Positions 37,596 to 46,991 of a DNA stretch of 64,000 nucleotides are shown here, piece after piece (position 1 is the stretch's first letter; every line of letters begins with the position of its first letter). This DNA is from Gemmatimonadales bacterium. GTDB taxonomy: Bacteria > Gemmatimonadota > Gemmatimonadetes > Gemmatimonadales > GWC2-71-9. The position numbers were made by a program, and so were the translations under genes. Under the pieces are notes generated by a model, which searched no databases, had not been told where the DNA came from, and worked only from the letters and a program-made list of their open reading frames with translations. The DNA lies in assembly GCA_039794085.1 (NCBI GenBank), contig JBDIWC010000002.1:78984-142983 (forward strand), in the 5' to 3' direction.

Positions 37596-37623
37596 TCTTA
37601 GTGATCCGCACGGGCTCCGTCAA
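37595..37623 (-). promoter_or_regulatory. Sigma70-type promoter of rex
   Basis: TTGACG-N17-TAAGAT; the -10 abuts the operator. Confidence 0.75.
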
Positions 37624-38401
37624 CACAGGCGTGGAGCAGGGCGACAAACCCGGGGATCGGCAAGGCATCCGGACGAAGAGCGGGCGGAATTCCGGCGTCG
37701 GCCAGGACGGCCAGGACCCGGCCCGGGGGCCACCCCGTCACCACCCGCAGGGCCCGTTGCATCTGTTTCCGGCGTGACGCGAAGAGCGCAGTCACCAGTC
37801 GGCGGAACCGCGGAACCTCCTCGTCGGTCACCAGGGGAACGGGAAGGGGGTCGAGTCGCACCACGGCCGAATCCACCTTGGGGGGGGGATCGAAGGCATG
37901 GGCCGGAACCGTCACCGTCCGGGTGACCCGTGCCACGGATTGCACTCCCACGGTCAGGGCACTCCAGTGGCCGGACGCGGGGGTGGCCACAAGCCGGTCG
38001 GCAACTTCCTTCTGGACCAGAAAGACCACCCGCCGGGGACGGGGGGGCGCGAGGGCCCGGTCCAGGAGAGGCGACGTGATGTTGTAGGGGATGTTGCCGA
38101 TGACAAACAGCTCGCCCCGGGGCACACCCGCGAGCGCATCCCACGACTCGGTGAGGGCATCCCCCTCGGCCAGTCGCACCGTGGGAAACCGGTCGCGCAG
38201 GCGGGGGAGCAGATCCCGGTCTTTCTCGATGGCGGTGACCTGGTACCCCCTCCCCACCAGCACGGACGTGAGCGCGCCCCTGCCGGGACCGATCTCCAGC
38301 ACCGGAGCCCCGGCGGGCGCATCGAGGGCATCGACGATCTGTGCCAGGATTCCGGGGTGCCGGAGAAAATGCTGGCCAAACCGTTTGCGGGCCTGTCCCA
38401 T
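37598..38401 (-). CDS. rsmA: 16S rRNA dimethyltransferase
   Basis: RKRFGQHFL, LEIGPGRGALT, GNIPYNIT, PPPKVDSAV. Confidence 0.95.
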   Translation of the reverse strand: MGQARKRFGQHFLRHPGILAQIVDALDAPAGAPVLEIGPGRGALTSVLVGRGYQVTAIEKDRDLLPRLRDRFPTVRLAEGDALTESWDALAGVPRGELFVIGNIPYNITSPLLDRALAPPRPRRVVFLVQKEVADRLVATPASGHWSALTVGVQSVARVTRTVTVPAHAFDPPPKVDSAVVRLDPLPVPLVTDEEVPRFRRLVTALFASRRKQMQRALRVVTGWPPGRVLAVLADAGIPPALRPDALPIPGFVALLHACVDGARADH

Positions 38402-39870
38402 CAGAGCCGGAGCACGAGCAAGGTTCTGTCGTCCTGGGGAGCGGCGGAGAAGTGATCGACCTCGGCAAAGAGGGCGGAGACGATCGCGTCCGGTGTCTCC
38501 TCCCGGTGCGTGGTGAGCAGATGCAGGATGCGGGCTTCCCCGAACCGATCGCCCGTCGCGTTGGCGGCGTCGGTGAGGCCATCGGTCCAGAGGCAAAGGA
38601 GATCGCCCCGACCCCAGGGCACCTCCCGCCGCTCCATGGCGGCTTCGGCTGCCAGCCCGAGCGGGGGCGAGGTGGCGGCCAGGCGAACCGGATCGCCCGC
38701 GACCGGGAGTTGGAAGGCGTGAGCATGGCCCGCGTTGGCGTAGGAGAGGCGGCCCGCCCGCGGGTCGAGCATTCCGTAGAACACCGTGAAGTAGGTCTCG
38801 GTGGAGGACAGCTTGCCGGCCAGGCTCCGGCGCAGGGCGTGGAGGGCCTGATCGGGCGGCACGGTGGCCGTCGAGTGAATGCCCGCCGCTGCCAGCACCA
38901 AGGCCATCACGAGGGCGGCGGACAACCCGTGGCTGGACACGTCCCCCACCATCACTCCCACCCGGCCCTTGCCCAGACGGGCAAAGGTGTAGAAATCCCC
39001 TCCCACCGATTCGGCCGCCACGCAGCGGACCGCCGCGGTGGCGTCCCCCTCGAGCACCGAGGGGGAGGGCAGCAGTTTCAACTGAAGTTGCCGCGCCAGA
39101 TCCAGCTCGTTGCGCAGCCGCTGCTGGTCCCGCGCGCGGGCCACCAGACGCGCGTTTTCCAGCGCGGCCCCGATCTGCTTCGCGATGGCCTCCACGAGCC
39201 GGCGTTGCTCGGGAGAGAACTCCGCGCGGTCGGCGCGGTCGGTGAGGTTGATGACCCCGACGCATCGGCTCCCCTCCCCTCTCTCACTCCCGGGGGCCGA
39301 GTAGCAGATCGGCACACTCAGATAGGCACCCTCCGGGTACCCGGTTCCCTCCCCGCGCGGCACCGGCCGGGGAGCGGCCATTCCCGCCGCGGATTGCCGG
39401 GTGCGGAACACTCCGGCCGCCAGGGAGTGCTCGTCGGTCACCTCCACGCGGAGTTGCTCGTCCAGGGTGAACCCCCGGGTAGCGAGGGGATGAAGATACC
39501 GTCGTTCCCGGTCGATTCCGAGAATCGAGGCCCGTCGCGCCCCGACGACCTCACTCACGGCCAGGAGAATGATCCGCGCGGCCTCCCGCAGATCGATGGT
39601 CTGTCCCAGGATGTCGCTGATGGTGTAGAGCAGCGCGATTTCTTCGTCCCGGCGCTCCAGTTCCCGTCCCCAGTGCCGGGCGTCCTGGACACTCGCCAGC
39701 AAGGCCTGGAGTACCGGCACGAGCAGGGTCAGGCACTCCCGCACCCCGGCGTCATCCCCATTCCGTCCTTCGAGCCAGAGGCCATCGGGCGGTCCCGGCA
39801 CAGGCACGAACCAGCTGACACCCTCAGGGGTGTCGATCTGGCCGGCGCGCAGCCGGTCCGGAGGACTCAC
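38401..39870 (-). CDS. GAF + PP2C (SpoIIE/RsbU-like) phosphatase; true start may be upstream (39999)
   Basis: GAF-like segment (LSVPI...VGVINL), VGGDFY, GDVSSHG, YANAGH, WTDGL, DDRTLL. Confidence 0.9.
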   Translation of the reverse strand: MSPPDRLRAGQIDTPEGVSWFVPVPGPPDGLWLEGRNGDDAGVRECLTLLVPVLQALLASVQDARHWGRELERRDEEIALLYTISDILGQTIDLREAARIILLAVSEVVGARRASILGIDRERRYLHPLATRGFTLDEQLRVEVTDEHSLAAGVFRTRQSAAGMAAPRPVPRGEGTGYPEGAYLSVPICYSAPGSERGEGSRCVGVINLTDRADRAEFSPEQRRLVEAIAKQIGAALENARLVARARDQQRLRNELDLARQLQLKLLPSPSVLEGDATAAVRCVAAESVGGDFYTFARLGKGRVGVMVGDVSSHGLSAALVMALVLAAAGIHSTATVPPDQALHALRRSLAGKLSSTETYFTVFYGMLDPRAGRLSYANAGHAHAFQLPVAGDPVRLAATSPPLGLAAEAAMERREVPWGRGDLLCLWTDGLTDAANATGDRFGEARILHLLTTHREETPDAIVSALFAEVDHFSAAPQDDRTLLVLRL

Positions 39871-39974
39871 CGAAGGGGGGCCGGAGACCAGCCGGACACC
39901 CGCGGACGAGGTACACCAGACCCGCAGTCGCGTGTCCGACCCCGTCAGTGTGGCGAGCGCCGGAGCGATCCGGG

Positions 39975-40439
39975 TCAGGATCTCGGCAAGGTCATCCAGA
40001 TGGTGTTCCCCTGGTCGTTGAACTCGACCTCGTCGGTCAGGTTGCGGATGAGAAAGAGGCCCCGTCCGCAGGGATGTTCCAGGGTGTCGGGACGGGTCGG
40101 ATCCGGGGAGTTGGAGGGCTCGAACCCGGTCCCTTCATCGCTCACGCGGGCCCGGATCCGGTGGGGCGTGAGCACCAGTTCCACTTCCACCCGCCGGGTG
40201 CGATCATTCCCGTTCCCGCACTCAATGGCATTGGCGAGTGCCTCCGCGAGAGACACCCGAAGCCGGAAGCGGGTGCGGGCGCTGGGACGGCACCCGGCGA
40301 AGGCATGGAGGGAGAGCAACTCCACGGTCTCCTCCACCAGGGTCAGATCACTGGGCAGGTGCAGGGTCACGCGAACCGGCTCCTCCGGCGCCTGGTAGGC
40401 GCCGCTCCGCCGGACACAGATCTGCAGTGGCGCCGTCAC
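39975..40439 (-). CDS. RsbW-like anti-sigma/serine kinase (HATPase)
   Basis: EALANAIECGN, VSDEGTGF, GRGLFLIRNLTDEV. Confidence 0.9.
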   Translation of the reverse strand: MTAPLQICVRRSGAYQAPEEPVRVTLHLPSDLTLVEETVELLSLHAFAGCRPSARTRFRLRVSLAEALANAIECGNGNDRTRRVEVELVLTPHRIRARVSDEGTGFEPSNSPDPTRPDTLEHPCGRGLFLIRNLTDEVEFNDQGNTIWMTLPRS

Positions 40440-40783
40440 CGTCCGGCCCGGAAGCCTTCCAGCATCTCGTCCACCGAGGTCCCGATCACGAAAAGGGTGT
40501 CGAGCTTGGTGAGGGAGAAGAGGGAGCGCAGGTCGTCATTGAGCCCCGCGAGACGGAGTTCCCCCCCGTGTTCCCGCGCCTTCCGGGCCATGGTCACAAG
40601 GGCCCCCAGTCCCGAACTGTCGATGTAGCCGGTGTCGGTGCAGTCGATCACCAGCTTGCGGGCCCCCTGCTCCAAGGCCTGGTCGACGACCGCCTTGAGC
40701 TCCTGGCGGTTCCCGACAATCAGCTGCCCTTCGACCCGCACCACGGTGACATCGTTGCCGACACTGGTCGTGGAGAATGCCAT
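40436..40783 (-). CDS. RsbV-like STAS anti-anti-sigma factor
   Basis: YIDSSGLGAL phosphoacceptor loop, LFSLTKLD. Confidence 0.92.
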   Translation of the reverse strand: MAFSTTSVGNDVTVVRVEGQLIVGNRQELKAVVDQALEQGARKLVIDCTDTGYIDSSGLGALVTMARKAREHGGELRLAGLNDDLRSLFSLTKLDTLFVIGTSVDEMLEGFRAGR

Positions 40784-40793
40784 TCCCCCTCCT

Positions 40794-41732
40794 TCAAGTC
40801 GTGGTCGGATCGGCCTGCAGGGCCACCATCGCGGCGACCTCGACAATATCGTCTATCCCGGCGCCGCGCGACAGGTCCGACATCGGCCGGGCGAGACCCT
40901 GGAGCAAGGGTCCGAGGGCCGCGGCGCCGGCCAGGTGGCGGGTGAGCTTGTAGGCGATGTTCCCCGCATCGAGCGAAGGGAAGATGAGCACATTGGCCGT
41001 TCCCGCCACCGGGGAACCCGGGGCCTTGCGCTCCGCGATCCCCGGATCGAGGGCGGCATCGGCCTGCAACTCTCCATCCGCCACCACCTCCGGTGCCCGG
41101 GCCCGGAAGAGGGCCAGCGCCTCGCGCACGCGCTCGACCGCTGGCCCCTGGGCGCTCCCCCGGGTGCTGAACGAGAGAAAGGCCACCCGGGGGTCATCCC
41201 CCACCAGACGCCGGCGATCGGCCACCGCCACCAGGGCAATCTGAGCCAATTCGTCCGGGCTCGGGGTGACGGAGACGGCGCAGTCGGCGTAGGTGAGCAC
41301 CCGTCCGTCACCCAGCGCCATGTAGAAGGCCGAACTGACCCGCTCGATGCCCGGCGCGGTCCCGATGCACCAGAGGGCGGCCCGGATCACATCCGCGGTG
41401 GTGTGCACGGCGCCGGCCACGGCCCCGTCGGCCTCCCCGAGCGCCACGAGTCCCGCGGCGAACCGCACCGGGTCGCTGGCGAGATCGAGTGCGTGCACCC
41501 CATCCTGGACCTGGTCGGGACGACGACCGCGCAGATGCTCCGCCACCGCCGCGAGCCGGGGATCGTGACGGGGGTCCAAGCCGTCGGGACCGCCAATCAC
41601 GATCGGTTCCGCGATCCCGTCCCGGCGCAGACGTTCCACGGCCGCGAGCACGCGCGGGTCCTCCCCCTCGGCAAAGGCGAGGCGGGCATGGCAGGCAGCC
41701 GCCCGGTGGAGCAGGGATTCTCGAAAGCTCAT
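40794..41732 (-). CDS. pta: Phosphate acetyltransferase
   Basis: FAEGEDPR, FLSFSTRGS, DGELQADAA, GNIAYKL, DLSRG. Confidence 0.92.
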   Translation of the reverse strand: MSFRESLLHRAAACHARLAFAEGEDPRVLAAVERLRRDGIAEPIVIGGPDGLDPRHDPRLAAVAEHLRGRRPDQVQDGVHALDLASDPVRFAAGLVALGEADGAVAGAVHTTADVIRAALWCIGTAPGIERVSSAFYMALGDGRVLTYADCAVSVTPSPDELAQIALVAVADRRRLVGDDPRVAFLSFSTRGSAQGPAVERVREALALFRARAPEVVADGELQADAALDPGIAERKAPGSPVAGTANVLIFPSLDAGNIAYKLTRHLAGAAALGPLLQGLARPMSDLSRGAGIDDIVEVAAMVALQADPTTT

Positions 41733-42211
41733 GATCCGAACCGTCGCGCCAGCGCCGTGGCCACCACGGGATGAACCACCCGGGAGACGTCCCCTCCGAA
41801 CCGGGCAGCCTCTCGGACGAGACTGGCGCTGACCCAGGAGAGATCGAAGGCAGGAGGGAGAAAGATGGTTTCGGCCTCCGGGGCGAGTTCGCGATTCATC
41901 ATGGCCATCTGGAGTTCATATTCGAAGTCGCCCGCGGCGCGCAGGCCCCGGACGATGACCGAGGCGCCGCGCATCCGGAGAAAGGTGGCCAGAAGGCCCG
42001 GGAAGGCCTCCACTGTCACCCGGTCGTCCGGTCCGAGGATGGCCCGGAGCATCTCGACCCGTTCCTCCGGCGAGAAGAGCGGTTGCTTCGAGGTGTTGAC
42101 CGCCACGGCCACGATGAGGTGATCAGCCAGGCCACGAGCTCGGCGCACCAGGTCCTCATGGCCGCGGGTGGGCGGGTCAAAACTGCCGGGGTAGACGGCG
42201 ATGCGAGTCAT
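41729..42211 (-). CDS. coaD: Phosphopantetheine adenylyltransferase
   Basis: YPGSFDPPTRGH, RGLRAAGDFEYE. Confidence 0.96.
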   Translation of the reverse strand: MTRIAVYPGSFDPPTRGHEDLVRRARGLADHLIVAVAVNTSKQPLFSPEERVEMLRAILGPDDRVTVEAFPGLLATFLRMRGASVIVRGLRAAGDFEYELQMAMMNRELAPEAETIFLPPAFDLSWVSASLVREAARFGGDVSRVVHPVVATALARRFGS

Positions 42212-42726
42212 GATAAGTGGAAGAAGGTAATCGCAGTGTTGCCGTATCGCCGGGTCTCCCCACCGCTCAGAGCAAGCGCCGCCGCATGCTCCACTGCGAG
42301 GAGCTGACCGACGGGTCGCTTCCGAAACTGGGCGACAAGGTCGGTCGCCAGGTCATCCTTCCACGGAGGATCCGCCAGAACGATGTCGAACTTCTCGGGG
42401 TCCACGGTGGCGAGCACTCCGAGGGCGTCTCCCCGAATCACGCGGCCTCTCTCACCCATACCCAGGGCCTCGATGTTGTCACGAAGCACACCTTCGACCC
42501 GGGGGTTTCGTTCCACGAAGGTGACGTGAGCCGCGCCTCGAGAGAGAGCTTCCAGTCCCAGGGCACCGGAACCCGCGCAGAGATCGAGCAGCCGGGCCCC
42601 CGCCAGCCGCGGGCCCAGAATGCTCATCCAGGCTTCCCTGACGCGATCCCCCGTTGGTCGCACCCCGCCGACGGCGGGAACCTGGAGCCGTCGTCCTCGG
42701 AGGGCCCCGGCGATGATCCGGGTCAC
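42208..42726 (-). CDS. rsmD: 16S rRNA m2G966 methyltransferase
   Basis: RIIAG..RGRRL, RPTGDRVRE, GSGALGLEALSRGA, DPPW. Confidence 0.92.
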   Translation of the reverse strand: MTRIIAGALRGRRLQVPAVGGVRPTGDRVREAWMSILGPRLAGARLLDLCAGSGALGLEALSRGAAHVTFVERNPRVEGVLRDNIEALGMGERGRVIRGDALGVLATVDPEKFDIVLADPPWKDDLATDLVAQFRKRPVGQLLAVEHAAALALSGGETRRYGNTAITFFHLS

Positions 42727-44447
42727 GACGAGGCGGGCTCGTGCGGAGCCAGGGCGAGGAGGCGGGCCTGCAAGGTGCTGGCCCCACGAAACTCGTTCCG
42801 TTCCAGTCGGAACGCCACATCCACCGGGGACTCCCCTCGCCAGGGAACCCGGTCCGCCAACTGAAACCCGATGGCATCGATCCCGGCGGATACGCCTCCC
42901 AACCGGCCTTTCAGGTGTCCGCTTCCCACCACGACCCGGTTCCGGAAATCCGCCCCGCGAACCCCGAAAACCGGGCCGGGGTTCCCCATTCCGCACGGTT
43001 CCAGATGCCGACAGAGCCGTTCCAGGTCGTCCGTGATGTCGTCCAGCGCGATCTCGAGATCGATACGTTGTTCGGGTCCCCGATCCTCCGGGGGCAGACC
43101 GGCCGCCACCACGGTCTCGAAGCGTTCCCGAAACGCGTCCACCCGGTCCGCTCGGATCGTCAGTCCCGCCGCCATGCGGTGTCCCCCGTAGCGCTCCAGG
43201 AGATCTCCGCAGGCGGTCAGGCCCTGGTGGAGATCAAAGCGGGAGATGCTCCTCCCGCTCCCCTTCCCCACTCCATTGTCCACGCTGATCAGGAAGGTCG
43301 GGCGGCCGAATCGCTCCACCACCCGGGAGGCCACGATCCCCACGACACCCGCATGCCACCCCTCCGATGCCAGCACATAGGAGGCGACGTCCTCGGGGTC
43401 CCCCACCGCCTCCACCATGGCCAAGGCCTCTTCGAGGATGCGTCCGTCCAGGGCCTGGCGTTCCGCGTTCAGTCGCTCGAGGCGCTCGGCAAGCGCCATG
43501 GCCTCGGTCGGATCCTCCGTGAGAAGGAGTCGCAGGCCGTCGTTCGCATCACCCACCCGCCCCGCGGCATTGAGCCGGGGACCCAGCATGAAGGCCAGTT
43601 GCCCGGCCCGGAGTTGTTTCCCGGCCAGACCGGCGGTGCCGAGCAGCGCTCGGAGCCCGGGCCAGCGGGTCTCGGCCAGGATCCGGAGCCCGTGTTTGAC
43701 CAGGATGCGGTTCTCGCCCACCAGGGGAACAACATCGGCGACAGTGGCGAGCGCGACCAGATCGAGCAGATGCATCGGCAGGTGCCGGGGAAGGCCGAGG
43801 ACCGGGACCAGGGCCTGAACCAGCTTGAAAGCCACGCCGGTTCCACTGAGGTTCCCGGTGCCTGAGGCATCGCCCGGCTGCTGGGGATCGACGACGACGG
43901 CGGCGGGCGGCAGGGTGGGGCCCGGCAGGTGGTGATCGGTGACCACCACGCGGATCCCTCGCTCGGTGGCGTCCCGCACCGTCTCCCCGGCGGTGATTCC
44001 GCAATCGCAGGTGACGATGAGACGAGCACCGACGCGGAGGGCTTCCGCGAGTCCGGCGGGTCCGAAGTCATACCCATCCCGCATGCGGTGGGGCACGAAA
44101 GGGATCACGGTCGCGCCCGATTCTCGGAGCGCGCGGGTCAGGACGGCGGTGGCACACTGCCCGTCGACGTCGTAATCGCCATGGACGAGGATCGGATCAC
44201 CCCGCGTCACCGCGCCTGCGATTTCGTGGACGGCATCCGGCATGCCCAAGAGGGCCAGAGGATCCCCCAGGGCGTCGAGCGATGGCCGGAGAAACTCCCC
44301 CGCCAGGGCGGGCGTTTCCAATCCCCGTTGAGCCAGCAGCGCGGCCAGCGGGGTGGGGATCCCGAGGGCGGTGCGAAGGGCCTCGACGATGCGGGGATCG
44401 GGAGTGGGCGCCACCACCCAGCGAGGAGCGAGAATACCCCGGCTCAT
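42723..44447 (-). CDS. recJ: ssDNA exonuclease RecJ
   Basis: GDYDVDG, TCDCG, TDHH, PRLNAAGR, GGHRMAAG. Confidence 0.96.
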   Translation of the reverse strand: MSRGILAPRWVVAPTPDPRIVEALRTALGIPTPLAALLAQRGLETPALAGEFLRPSLDALGDPLALLGMPDAVHEIAGAVTRGDPILVHGDYDVDGQCATAVLTRALRESGATVIPFVPHRMRDGYDFGPAGLAEALRVGARLIVTCDCGITAGETVRDATERGIRVVVTDHHLPGPTLPPAAVVVDPQQPGDASGTGNLSGTGVAFKLVQALVPVLGLPRHLPMHLLDLVALATVADVVPLVGENRILVKHGLRILAETRWPGLRALLGTAGLAGKQLRAGQLAFMLGPRLNAAGRVGDANDGLRLLLTEDPTEAMALAERLERLNAERQALDGRILEEALAMVEAVGDPEDVASYVLASEGWHAGVVGIVASRVVERFGRPTFLISVDNGVGKGSGRSISRFDLHQGLTACGDLLERYGGHRMAAGLTIRADRVDAFRERFETVVAAGLPPEDRGPEQRIDLEIALDDITDDLERLCRHLEPCGMGNPGPVFGVRGADFRNRVVVGSGHLKGRLGGVSAGIDAIGFQLADRVPWRGESPVDVAFRLERNEFRGASTLQARLLALAPHEPASS

Positions 44448-45157
44448 GCCTCATCATCGCGGGAGTACAGTATCACACCGCACGCCTCGCACCCGTCCAG
44501 CAGGAGGCCGGAGCGGATCTGGCTCCGCCGGCTGGTCGGGACCGCGGTGTAGCACGCGCCGCAAGCGGCCCCATGCAGCGCCACGACCACGTGGGTCTGA
44601 CGGGCTCCGCGCAGTCGGTCATACCGCATCAGGTGATTTCGTTCCACGGAGGCGGCCACGGCTTCCCGATCGGCCCTGCCCCGCTCCCGCTCAGTCATCA
44701 ATTCCGCCTCGCGTGCGGCCAGTCCGTCCCGCTGCACCCGCTGCTCTTCCTCGAGAGCATCCGCGGCGCGTTCCGCCTCGGCCTGCTGGTGTTCCAGGAG
44801 GGTCACCGCCTCGGCCTGCCGAAGCCACTCCCCCTCCTCCCGGGCCAGCGCGGCGCGGGCAATCTCAAGTTCGGTGGTCAGTGCCTGGGCCTCCCGTGCG
44901 GTTTTCACCTGCTCCATCCGTCCTCGACGGCTTTCCTGGATCGCCCGGAGTCCTTCGATGCGCCCCTCGAGCGCCTCGCGCTGTTTCCGGGCCGCCTTCA
45001 CGCGCGTGGCCAGATCGCGAACCGCCCCGAGGCCGCGCTCCCGTTCCTTGTCGAGGGAATCGCGCTCGTCCAACAGAGCCTGCAATCGTTTGTCGACATC
45101 CAGCAGCGCAAAATCCTTCTCCTGCAATTCCAGCAATCGGGCGAGTTCGGGATGCAT
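44444..45157 (-). CDS. Coiled-coil + C4 zinc-ribbon protein (DUF164/CT398-like)
   Basis: Long coiled coil followed by CGAC...CEACGVILY. Confidence 0.85.
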   Translation of the reverse strand: MHPELARLLELQEKDFALLDVDKRLQALLDERDSLDKERERGLGAVRDLATRVKAARKQREALEGRIEGLRAIQESRRGRMEQVKTAREAQALTTELEIARAALAREEGEWLRQAEAVTLLEHQQAEAERAADALEEEQRVQRDGLAAREAELMTERERGRADREAVAASVERNHLMRYDRLRGARQTHVVVALHGAACGACYTAVPTSRRSQIRSGLLLDGCEACGVILYSRDDEA

Positions 45158-45181
45158 GCGACTTCCTTCCGTGGGTGACTG

Positions 45182-46987
45182 TCAGAACCTGGCATTCCCC
45201 GGGGCCGCTCCCCGGGTCGTACGGCGATAGACAAAGCGTTGACGGGCCGTCGGGCTCATGGTCTCGAGCAAGGTGCGTTTCTGATGGGGGTCGGTGGCCG
45301 CCAGGTAGGCCTGAATCTGGGCTTCATCGCGAAGCTGGCTCAGGGCGGCATCGTATTCCGCGTCCCAATCGAGGCCTTCGGCGGCACGCACCTCTTCCTG
45401 CAAGCGGGCCAGCACCGCCGCGTGGTCTTCGCTCAGCGACGGGACCGCGGGCTCCCCGTCGTCATCCCGGGTCAGCTGTGCTGCGATGGCACGATAGGCC
45501 GGCACATCGAACAGGTCCGGGGATCCGTCGGCGCGCAACCGGGCCCTCCATTCCGGTCGTGCCAGGCAGACGTGCAGCAATCGGGCCTGGGCCCGGGCAC
45601 CCGGAGAATGGGTGCGCGACGGGGAGGGAGGCGCGGGACGGTCCCGCCCCGGCGCTCCCCGTTCCCCCCCCCGAACCGGGGGTCCCCCCCGGAAGGCCGG
45701 TCCAGCCGAGGAACGCCCCGCCTCCAGCTCGGGCAGCAGGCTCTCCCGAGACACGCCGACCCGCTCGCTCAATCGACCCAGGTAGAGATCGCGGACGATC
45801 GGATCGGTCGTGGCGCGGATGGTCGGCAACAGGCGATCCACCGCCTCTCGTCGTTGGTCGAGTCTTTCGAACCACCCCTTCCGCTCCAGCAGTTGGATCT
45901 TACGGTCGAACAGATCCACCGCATCGTCGAGCAGGGTTTCGAGGGCCGGGGCCCCGTTTCGCCGCACGAAGGTATCCGGATCCTCCCCCGCGGGCAGGGT
46001 GGCCACCCGGACCTGCAGTCCGTGCCGCAGAAGTTCATCGCCCGCCCGGAAGGTGGCCCGCAGTCCCGGCGTGTCACTGTCGTAGAGCAGAATGACCGTG
46101 GGAGCGAAACGCTTGAGGAGGGCGGCCTGGTCGGGAGTGAGACCCGTCCCCATCGGCGCCACGACGTGGTCGACGCCGACGAGCACGAGCCGCACCACGT
46201 CCACATACCCTTCCACAAGGATCGAGAATCCCGCCGATCGGATGGCGTGGCGAGCCGCATGGAGATGATAGAGGAGGGTCCCCTTGTGGAAGATGTCGGT
46301 GTCGGGCGAGTTCAGGTACTTGGGCTCCCCCGGTCCGAGCAACCGCCCGCCAAAGGCCACGGTGCGCCCGCGCAGATCATGAATCGGGAAGAGGAGACGG
46401 TCCCGGAAACGGGCCCGCAGCAGGCCGTCATCCCGGCGCACAGCCAGCCCCGCATCGACCAGGACCTGGTCGGAGATCCCGAGGGTCCGCATGGCCTCGA
46501 AGAAGGGGGCCGGGTGCCGGGGAGCGTACCCCAGGCCCATCTCGAACGCGCTCTCGGGAGGAATCTCGCGATCGGTCAGATACCGGCGAGCCTGTTCCGC
46601 GTCCGCCCCTTCCCGGAGCGCCCGAGCGTAGTGTTCCCGGGCCACCTCCATGGCGGAGAAGAGCGGTTCGCGAAGGTCGGGTGTCTCACGGGCGGAGGAC
46701 TCGGGAACGGTGATGCCGCTGCGCTGGCCGGCCTCTCGCACGGCCGAGGGATAGTCCAGTCCCTGGCGCTTCATGAACCAGGTGAACACATCTCCCGATT
46801 CATGGCACACATAGCAGTAGTAGATCCCCTTGCGGGGAATCACCGCAAAGTTTCGATGGGCTCCCCCATGAAAGGGACAGGGACCCCGATAATCGGCGCC
46901 GGTACGACGCAGGTTCACCGATTCTCCGATGAGCCCGACCAGATCGGCCTGTTCCCGGATCTGCTCGATCACCTCCTCCGGTATCAT
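45182..46987 (-). CDS. dnaG: DNA primase
   Basis: CPFH...CYVC zinc finger, FGGR, KYLNSP, VEGYVDV, YDSDTPG, EDPD. Confidence 0.96.
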   Translation of the reverse strand: MIPEEVIEQIREQADLVGLIGESVNLRRTGADYRGPCPFHGGAHRNFAVIPRKGIYYCYVCHESGDVFTWFMKRQGLDYPSAVREAGQRSGITVPESSARETPDLREPLFSAMEVAREHYARALREGADAEQARRYLTDREIPPESAFEMGLGYAPRHPAPFFEAMRTLGISDQVLVDAGLAVRRDDGLLRARFRDRLLFPIHDLRGRTVAFGGRLLGPGEPKYLNSPDTDIFHKGTLLYHLHAARHAIRSAGFSILVEGYVDVVRLVLVGVDHVVAPMGTGLTPDQAALLKRFAPTVILLYDSDTPGLRATFRAGDELLRHGLQVRVATLPAGEDPDTFVRRNGAPALETLLDDAVDLFDRKIQLLERKGWFERLDQRREAVDRLLPTIRATTDPIVRDLYLGRLSERVGVSRESLLPELEAGRSSAGPAFRGGPPVRGGERGAPGRDRPAPPSPSRTHSPGARAQARLLHVCLARPEWRARLRADGSPDLFDVPAYRAIAAQLTRDDDGEPAVPSLSEDHAAVLARLQEEVRAAEGLDWDAEYDAALSQLRDEAQIQAYLAATDPHQKRTLLETMSPTARQRFVYRRTTRGAAPGNARF

Positions 46988-46991
46988 CCTC

